IMG/VR virus record: IMGVR_UViG_3300020420_000045 | Span: 1 to 29,841 of that record | DNA from: a virus | Taxonomy: Duplodnaviria > Caudoviricetes | Strand: one strand, 5' to 3' | Length of the DNA: 29,841 bases | The notes under the pieces: generated by a model | What the model was told of the DNA's origin: nothing | What the model saw: only the letters and a program-made list of their open reading frames with translations | The model's database searches: none | Part shown: positions 24,001 through 29,841 of the stretch, in pieces | Position numbering within the stretch: the first letter of the stretch is position 1 | Layout: each line of letters starts with the position of its first letter | Position numbers and translations under genes: made by a program

Positions 24001-26087
24001 TCAGATAATTGACCATCAGGCAAAATAACAGTTAATGTCCCACCTAAATTTCCTGATAGTGTTGGTAAATCTGTAATACTATCTATTGTAATACGACTAT
24101 TACCGTTAACTGTTTCAACATTAGTAATTTGACCGCCTCTTCTAACTCCAGACTTTAATTTATCTTGTATCTCAATAATTTGACCTGGGGTTATTAAAGC
24201 TCCAGCAGATATTGTAGTAGTGAATGAAACAATATCAGTTTCAGTAGCAAGTGTTGTTAGTAACCATTTTGCAAGTCTTCTTGCTTGACTCCTCGAAGTT
24301 ACACCAAAACTATTTATGTTTTTAACAATTGCACCGTACTTCAACATCCCTTCAGTATCAAGAACTTGCTCGTATGCTGCATCTCTTAGCTCATTATCAA
24401 AATATTTAACAACGACTACGGTAGCTCTTGTTTTAGATGCACTTCCTGAGTATGTAAAACCATCTTGAGTTACATTTGCATATGTAAACAAATAAGAAGG
24501 AGTTATACCTTCTCTATCTTGTATAAGACTAATACTGCCAGCCATATATAAAGGCATAGCTCTAAAAACAGAACATAAACTATTAACAACTTTGAAAACA
24601 TCTTGTCTTGATTGTATGTTTACATTAAGGCTAAATCTTGGTTCAGTAATTGTTTCAACAACACCTGTATTTAACCTGTCTTCAAAAGATACAAGCTCTG
24701 ATGAATATACAGATGCAGCATAAAAACTATAAACATCTAATTGATTTGTTTTTATAAAATCTCCACATCCGTACCTCTCAGAAGTGAGCAAATTATATAA
24801 GCACCAGGCTGGATCTGTTGTCCATTGCGCTGCTCCAAGTGTTCCGTTAAAAACGTAATTTGATGGATATATTATTCTGCCGTTGTCTGGGTCAACTGTG
24901 ACACCATTTGGAATTTTTACTTTTATACCTTTTATTAAATAAGTTCTTTTTGGAACTGCATTAAATTGTTCAGCGTTAATTCTAAGTCCTACTAATGCAC
25001 TGTCAGGATAGTTAAATCTTCTCCCAAATTTAACAGTTCCAGAATTATCTTTAGTTTGATTATGTTCACAAGTAAATTTTTTACGATTGATCACAGAAGC
25101 AACTAGCATTATTCTGTTTTTAGTTTGATTTGGATTAGAACTTGCATTGTAAGGAGGAACAAATTCGCATCCAATACTATCCCCAACTTCTAAGTTATGA
25201 TTGTGTGCAGTTGTGATTGTTATAATTTTTCCGCTTCCACCACTTCCATCATCATGTATAAACGTACCATTGAAATTTTTTCCTTGTTCTTTAACAAGAG
25301 TTGTTGAAGATACAAAAAAACCACTTGTATGACTTATATAAGTATCAGAATTTGGTTCACCGTCATCATCATCAGCATTCATAAATGCTTGATCGTCAGC
25401 AAGATTTGTATCTCCAGCAGTGCCAGTTCTTACTACTTTAAATGCAATAGGAAAATTTGCATCTGAAAAATTACTAATATTAAATTCATATTGTTTTTGA
25501 TACAAATCAGGAGTTCTACCAGTTATTTCTTGATTAATACTTCCATTAATTCCAATATCAGAAAAAGCTCCATTTGCTAATGAACGTTGAAATTTAAATG
25601 TAAATTTTGTTCCTAAAGTATCACCATTATTTTTTATTTTTTGTAATTGTGGAACACTTATTAAAAAAATAATAGAATCTACACTTTCATCGGTAATACT
25701 AAAAGTTTGTCCAGTTGCATCTACTTGAACATTACTTTGTGGATTAGGAATTACATTTGCAGCTTGAACAAACCCACCTATTACAGATTGAGTTGAAGTA
25801 CCAGATCTTCTTCTAACAATTACATCATCAAAATTAAAACTACCATCAGAATTTTGCAACGGTGTATTATCTAAAAATATTGATTGCATAAATGAATCTT
25901 TTGCACCATCTATTGGATTAACAAACCCTGGTTCTACTAAACCTTGAATTTGTCCTTCACTTATCAAATCAACAATACGACCATAAGACCTACTATTTAA
26001 AGAGTCTTCATCCGTTGATGGTGTGCGTGACCCACCGCCACCGCCTTTACCACCGCTACCAGAACCAGCAATAAATTTATTAGTCAT
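21027..26087 (-). CDS. Central tail tip / host-specificity protein (lambda gpJ-like)
   Basis: DLISEGQIQGL, YPDSALVGL, WTTDPAWCLY.LLT..RYG.G, EPRFSLN, FN3-like repeats; follows gpI. Confidence 0.93.
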   Translation of the reverse strand: MTNKFIAGSGSGGKGGGGGSRTPSTDEDSLNSRSYGRIVDLISEGQIQGLVEPGFVNPIDGAKDSFMQSIFLDNTPLQNSDGSFNFDDVIVRRRSGTSTQSVIGGFVQAANVIPNPQSNVQVDATGQTFSITDESVDSIIFLISVPQLQKIKNNGDTLGTKFTFKFQRSLANGAFSDIGINGSINQEITGRTPDLYQKQYEFNISNFSDANFPIAFKVVRTGTAGDTNLADDQAFMNADDDDGEPNSDTYISHTSGFFVSSTTLVKEQGKNFNGTFIHDDGSGGSGKIITITTAHNHNLEVGDSIGCEFVPPYNASSNPNQTKNRIMLVASVINRKKFTCEHNQTKDNSGTVKFGRRFNYPDSALVGLRINAEQFNAVPKRTYLIKGIKVKIPNGVTVDPDNGRIIYPSNYVFNGTLGAAQWTTDPAWCLYNLLTSERYGCGDFIKTNQLDVYSFYAASVYSSELVSFEDRLNTGVVETITEPRFSLNVNIQSRQDVFKVVNSLCSVFRAMPLYMAGSISLIQDREGITPSYLFTYANVTQDGFTYSGSASKTRATVVVVKYFDNELRDAAYEQVLDTEGMLKYGAIVKNINSFGVTSRSQARRLAKWLLTTLATETDIVSFTTTISAGALITPGQIIEIQDKLKSGVRRGGQITNVETVNGNSRITIDSITDLPTLSGNLGGTLTVILPDGQLSERAISNINTTTKKITVAGRFRKKVTDDDGHDPFLENTLQENPVYTNKFQNQDPNIGSFWVIETTGTNAAIQSQLYKVISVEEEDDFTYTVTAVLHNESKYAVVEENETLEHRDVTNLDLVPTSPTGFAVDSTTDPSNPVTYPIEQLYKEKNQVKVRLLIAWKPVIGVNRYELRYRKNNTGWRTVELQDPTYSIDDINVPKTKKNQPQIGFVEYDIRVKSISASGKKSKKPLSLNNKKVRGKNSLPSRVRDDFSASLDPHLGIVLSWTPLEGEFPTFSDLDIRGYKIYEGSYGTGSLLGEFNATSVVVPTLPSSGDTTKTYSIKAIDQDGNESNLARSASLAISIPRQPATFTSAYSNDNLVLNWSASVVDGNRFAIQDYDIFQGSTLIATTNSTTLTVPVTWSSAQTFKVEARDIIGKLSGKKSLAVPFAKAAAPNISYTYEGSKIRLSWAKPAEGATKIKDYIIRSSATNNTNFNAASNLDVINSESYLFEVDHAILNTSTARRFFVAARDINNTVGDVGRTGADPDYPDVTVTPPPAPQNLSATVVGVSAFVDWDEVPKAKNPSDATKINGLPIAFYKIYRANENANQSNMGAAKFMQNGTSVTEEVTWSQVKQKYFVRAVDINGNEGDLADVMFEVVAPSQVTSFNDEVIDNNVLLRWTESSVGVGQLPIAFYNIYKIAGGLTTLVGQKLGTFTTVFEQVGGTFEYKIFPINTAGHQGLSKSVIAEVDEPPDFILKQDHVSDLSGTKTNGFFEGGGIFYCIDTSRTWKQHFDPNNNDTSRTFGVYGSSTPYALPTLNSGLYRETIDTGATIAKTKIEATVGFEDSFTVGNGLSLNTEIEIAPDNGSGSAGTFTSFGQNKNKVIATNFRFIRVTHRFDGADNDDLAKVNVVRTKTFLKQFTDQGNTSVTLSDVSGGKLVTFNKTFIDVDSITLQIRGSSSAAKYAIYDFEDTANPSQGFRIYLFDNSGNPVPNSGATSAVTVDFTVRGV

Positions 26088-26725
26088 TCGTCAACCTCTA
26101 CATCAACAGTATCAATTTTTGTTGATATTGGAACAGATCCAACCAAAGTTTTTCCATATACTACAGGTACTGCTGTACCAGATCTAGTTGTCTGCTGCAC
26201 TCCGCTAAATGAAAATGACTTAATAGGATCTGATTCATCATCTGGAAGTTCTGGTGTTGGAGTTAATAAACCAGCAACACCGCTTAAAATTAACAACATT
26301 CCAATCTTACCAGCCAAAGCACTGATATTTATAGCACTTGCAGCAGTACTTCCGATAAACATTCCTGGAGCTACTCCAGCACCTCCAACAACATTTACTC
26401 CCAAGATACCAGTACCTCCTGTCATAAATGCAAAACCAATTAAAGCAACACCAGCTAAAATTTTTCCAATATTTCCAGAACCAGCTACAACAGGTATTAT
26501 CTTTATATCTAATCCACCACTAGGAAAATCTAATAACTCTTCATCAATATTATATTTGCCCATATATACTTGATAGTTTTGAGTAGACATATGTTTGTCT
26601 AAACCAGCAAAGTTAACTCTTAAAAAACGAACTGCATCTATAGGTGTATTGACAACAGCTTCAAATTCATTATTACCGCCACAAAATTCTGCCAATTCTC
26701 CGTAGATTTTTATCTTACTTAACAT
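26084..26725 (-). CDS. Tail assembly protein (lambda gpI-like)
   Basis: IKIYGELA, IIPVVAGSG, SFSFSG, G..VPVVYG...VGS. Confidence 0.9.
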   Translation of the reverse strand: MLSKIKIYGELAEFCGGNNEFEAVVNTPIDAVRFLRVNFAGLDKHMSTQNYQVYMGKYNIDEELLDFPSGGLDIKIIPVVAGSGNIGKILAGVALIGFAFMTGGTGILGVNVVGGAGVAPGMFIGSTAASAINISALAGKIGMLLILSGVAGLLTPTPELPDDESDPIKSFSFSGVQQTTRSGTAVPVVYGKTLVGSVPISTKIDTVDVEVDE

Positions 26726-27422
26726 AACGCAACCTCTTTCCTGTGCATTTTACAAGCCATTCACCATAAAAATCCTTTGAACTAAGTCTACCTTCAATAT
26801 GATGTAATACCATCTGCTGTGGCAATAAAAATACACCAACATGATTTAATCCTGTACTATTTATAGCCATTAACAGACTATCTCCATGCTCCAGTCCCTC
26901 TTCTTCGCTCAGTTCTCTGAACCCTGTTTCTTTAAAACATTTATCAAAATATGGATGCATTCTAAAACTTTCTGAATCTATAGGTCTTTCCCAGTCTCTT
27001 AAAATAATACCTACAGATTCATAATAATCTTTTACTAAAGTCCAACAATCGTGAACTCCGAAAGAATAATGTCTACCTATTAAAGGAGCTTTATATCCTG
27101 ATGGTTCAAATTCATGCCATTGACCTAATGCAACTGCATATATGTACCAAACTTTTTTTGAATTTTCACAAGCAGTTAAATCAGCAGAACTGGGAAACGG
27201 AGTTTGATATGGATGTGAATGAAAAATTCCTACAATAGTGCCAGAGTCTTCTGCTTCTGCATAATCTATAGGATCAATAATAAAATGATCATATGTATTT
27301 GCAGCTATATTTCTACATTTTTTATATCTTTTACGGCCTTTTATTACAACAACTAAACCACAAACTTCAGAAGGAAACATATCTTCTGCGTGTTTTTGTG
27401 CTTCTATCCTCCAATTACTCAT
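26715..27422 (-). CDS. Tail tip assembly protein (lambda gpK-like, JAB/MPN + NlpC/P60)
   Basis: E.CGL, HSHP.....PS.AD, DCWTLV.DYY, NHVGV, LHH; ATG 27422 preferred. Confidence 0.92.
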   Translation of the reverse strand: MSNWRIEAQKHAEDMFPSEVCGLVVVIKGRKRYKKCRNIAANTYDHFIIDPIDYAEAEDSGTIVGIFHSHPYQTPFPSSADLTACENSKKVWYIYAVALGQWHEFEPSGYKAPLIGRHYSFGVHDCWTLVKDYYESVGIILRDWERPIDSESFRMHPYFDKCFKETGFRELSEEEGLEHGDSLLMAINSTGLNHVGVFLLPQQMVLHHIEGRLSSKDFYGEWLVKCTGKRLRYVK

Positions 27423-27993
27423 GAAAAGCTCCAACACCAGGGAATTGTCTTGGTAGCACTTGTCTTTTTGGAATTTTTACATTAGGTAAATCCCAAATTG
27501 CACTTAATTCAAATTCAACCATTTGACGATTTTCTGTGGATTTACGACTAATTATATAAATCTGATCTCTACTAGTTGCATTTGTATTAGCAGTTGTTTC
27601 TCCATCTAAAAACATGGCTAGAGTTTGTATCCTAGTGACCTTTGCATTTAATAAATCATTGCCTGGTGTTACTTGATTAACTTCTATAAGAATAGATGAA
27701 ACAGTTGACAATAGATTACTTACACGAAGTATAGGTCTAGGTATACCATCATTTTGACCAGCTTTCTGATCAAATCCTTCTGCTTGAATTGGCATAGGAG
27801 TATAATTTTGGCCTCTAAAACGCACAAGTCCTACAGCATTAGCTTTCATGCCAGAATGCCAATAATATTTTGTAGTTACATTAGATGGATTACCAGTCTC
27901 ATAATGTGTTCCTTCTACAAGTTCTAATTGAAATAATTCAATAACTGCACTTGGATCTGGTTTTTGTAATTCAGTTATATAAGAAGATGTCAT
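27415..27993 (-). CDS. Minor tail protein (lambda gpL-like), C-terminal Cys domain missing
   Basis: IELF.L, Y.P.PI.AEGF, PRP.L.VSNL, AKVTRI.T...FLD, VEFEL, P.RQ; position between M and K. Confidence 0.88.
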   Translation of the reverse strand: MTSSYITELQKPDPSAVIELFQLELVEGTHYETGNPSNVTTKYYWHSGMKANAVGLVRFRGQNYTPMPIQAEGFDQKAGQNDGIPRPILRVSNLLSTVSSILIEVNQVTPGNDLLNAKVTRIQTLAMFLDGETTANTNATSRDQIYIISRKSTENRQMVEFELSAIWDLPNVKIPKRQVLPRQFPGVGAFHE

Positions 27994-28358
27994 GCCTCAA
28001 ACACCTCTACAAATTCAAGTTGAATATCATTTAAATTAAAAGCAGTTATTGTAACTTGTGGATTTTCGCAAGTCCATTTCCCAGCAGAACCATAAGGAGG
28101 AGTCCAATCAAAGGATGATGCTCCATTGTTACCTTTTAAGGGATCTGATAAAAAATTTAAAATATTTGTTGTGGTTGTATTATCACGATTATTAAAACTT
28201 AGAGAATATATTCTTCTAGATGGATTAATTCCTCTTTGAATGCGTTGCTCATATCCATCCCCCAGTTCTGTTCGTAAAATATTATTTTGAATAGATAATG
28301 TTGGGGAATAACTTGGTGATACGTCAGAACCAACACTAGATGAATCAAATGTAGCCAT
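27990..28358 (-). CDS. Minor tail protein (lambda gpM-like, distal tail)
   Basis: LGDGYEQR...GIN, SFDWTPP, F.EVFE. Confidence 0.9.
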   Translation of the reverse strand: MATFDSSSVGSDVSPSYSPTLSIQNNILRTELGDGYEQRIQRGINPSRRIYSLSFNNRDNTTTTNILNFLSDPLKGNNGASSFDWTPPYGSAGKWTCENPQVTITAFNLNDIQLEFVEVFEA

Positions 28359-29841
28359 TATGTATAAAGAATACCTCCAGGTCGTTTTTGTTTGATAAGT
28401 TCTGCTTCTATAGCAGCACCAATCATTTTACCTAGTTGTGTTGCTTTCATATTACTGCCTTGAGCAGATGTGCCATTAGCATTTACAGAAACGTTAACAA
28501 CATTACCACCTCCTCCAGAGGCTTCAACCCCTAGCCGTCCTTGTCGTGTACGTTTGAGCGGCATGACCGCTTCTGGCCCAGCCTCGCCCATTAAGCCCAT
28601 TCCGTCTCGCATGGGAAATAGGGTGGGCTTGTTCACGATGCCCCCATAAGCGAAAGGTACAACTTTATTCTTAGCAAATACATTTCCTTTAGCACTTTCA
28701 AGCAACTCACCACCACTAACAACTCCACCATCAGCAAGATTTGGAAATATAAAACTAAATAAAGGCTTGGTAATTGCTGCTCTAACAAACATTCTTGTTA
28801 AATCAGATATTATAGAATTTGCTAAATCACGAAAATTTAATTTTCCTGTCATAACAAAACTTACAAGTGCATCTTCCATTTTTCTAAATCCATTAACAAC
28901 GATATTTTCCATAGCTGTACCAACATTTTCTAATTCTTCTTTAAAACTCTTAAGAACTCCAGCTTTTCCAAATTTTGTACCATCGATAGCTTCTTTATTT
29001 GCTTGCTTAAGTAACTCAATTAAATCTTTGATCTTGACCTTATTATCTTCTGTTACTAATCCATGCAATTTTAAAATATCTTTATGATCTCTTGCTATAA
29101 TTTTCGCTCTATTTTCAAGATCTAATTGTTCTTTTCTTTCGTCTGTTATAAGCCCAAGTTCATGCAAAACTGACTCATTAACTGTTTTTTGTTGCATTTT
29201 TAACTTAAATAAATCACTTTCATATTTAAGATTTAATTGATTTGCTTGATTCTCTTTATCTTGTTTATCTGCTTCACTAAGTTGTTTATCTTTACCAGTA
29301 CCTTTCATCTTCTTATCAAATCTTATATTTAATTTTTCTAAATCTATTTTTAATTTTTTCTCTAACTGTAATTCTTTATTTTTATCTCTCATTGCTTGAA
29401 TTAAACCAGTTTCTAAATCTAATAGCTTTTGTGTTTTGGTGTTAGCACCCACCGCAGGGGCAAATACATTTTTCTCTCCAAGAATGCCTAATGTATTTTT
29501 AATTCCACTTATTTTTCCTTGTTCTGCTTGTATTTCATCTAAAATTTCTTTTCGCAATGTTGCTTTGCTTTTAAAAACAGTTTTACCATCAGCATCCATT
29601 TGATATTCACCACCCAAAATATTTTCAAATTTAGTTCTTAGTCTTTTTATATTTTCTTCTGATGATTTTAAATCTAGTTTTAATTCAACTTTTGATTTTG
29701 TACTCAAATCACCGAAGCCTTTATTTGCATCATCTAAAATACCTTTTTGTTTCGCCTTGTAATCATCTATTAACTTAATCGCAGCAACAATACTTGCTGC
29801 TAAAATCACATATTTATTTTTAAGCACTGCAAGATTAAATC
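28358..29841 (-). CDS. Tail tape measure protein, C-terminal part (5' end outside the window)
   Basis: Helical; EDAL..FV.TGKL.F.DLA.SII.DL, AKGNVF, MGEAGPEAVMPL.R...G.LGV, KRPGG.L; frame open to the window edge. Confidence 0.92.
   Translation of the reverse strand, partial: FNLAVLKNKYVILAASIVAAIKLIDDYKAKQKGILDDANKGFGDLSTKSKVELKLDLKSSEENIKRLRTKFENILGGEYQMDADGKTVFKSKATLRKEILDEIQAEQGKISGIKNTLGILGEKNVFAPAVGANTKTQKLLDLETGLIQAMRDKNKELQLEKKLKIDLEKLNIRFDKKMKGTGKDKQLSEADKQDKENQANQLNLKYESDLFKLKMQQKTVNESVLHELGLITDERKEQLDLENRAKIIARDHKDILKLHGLVTEDNKVKIKDLIELLKQANKEAIDGTKFGKAGVLKSFKEELENVGTAMENIVVNGFRKMEDALVSFVMTGKLNFRDLANSIISDLTRMFVRAAITKPLFSFIFPNLADGGVVSGGELLESAKGNVFAKNKVVPFAYGGIVNKPTLFPMRDGMGLMGEAGPEAVMPLKRTRQGRLGVEASGGGGNVVNVSVNANGTSAQGSNMKATQLGKMIGAAIEAELIKQKRPGGILYT

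Larger units (their letters stand above)
1..29841. mobile_element. Siphovirus (probable cyanophage) genome segment
   Basis: Lambda-like H-M-L-K-I-J tail order, RecET-like module, 2OG-Fe(II) oxygenase, no host housekeeping genes. Confidence 0.9.

Noticed and set aside
11990-29087. Short ORFs nested in tail genes (11990, 12965, 13752, 14914, 16823, 17282, 17513, 18710, 22039, 28767)
   Set aside because: Shadow ORFs of long structural genes.

Overview
This AT-rich window is part of a lambda-like siphovirus, most likely a marine cyanophage infecting Prochlorococcus or a relative (inferred from gene content and a Yfr1-like motif). The left end holds an SF2 helicase transcribed divergently from a RecE/RecT-like recombination operon. 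The middle holds small membrane or secreted proteins and a 2OG-Fe(II) oxygenase. The right two-thirds is a minus-strand tail module: tape measure, M, L, K, I, J, several fibres and a chaperone. The main find is at 3440-5166: a stand-alone RAMP/Cas7-like gene flanked by four structured non-coding units. Each unit is a conserved 5' hairpin, then 10-16 strictly phased pentamers (semi-constant 'CTT'-like triplet plus a variable NN), then a conserved 3' hairpin. An unknown gene follows the units. This looks like a phage RNA-guided system with a non-contiguous guide code. Also notable are a phage-borne Yfr1-like sRNA (ACTCCTCACAC), a cysteine-free gpL lacking its Fe-S domain, and a GC-rich patch in the tape measure gene. 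All calls come from reading motifs by eye; no searches were run.
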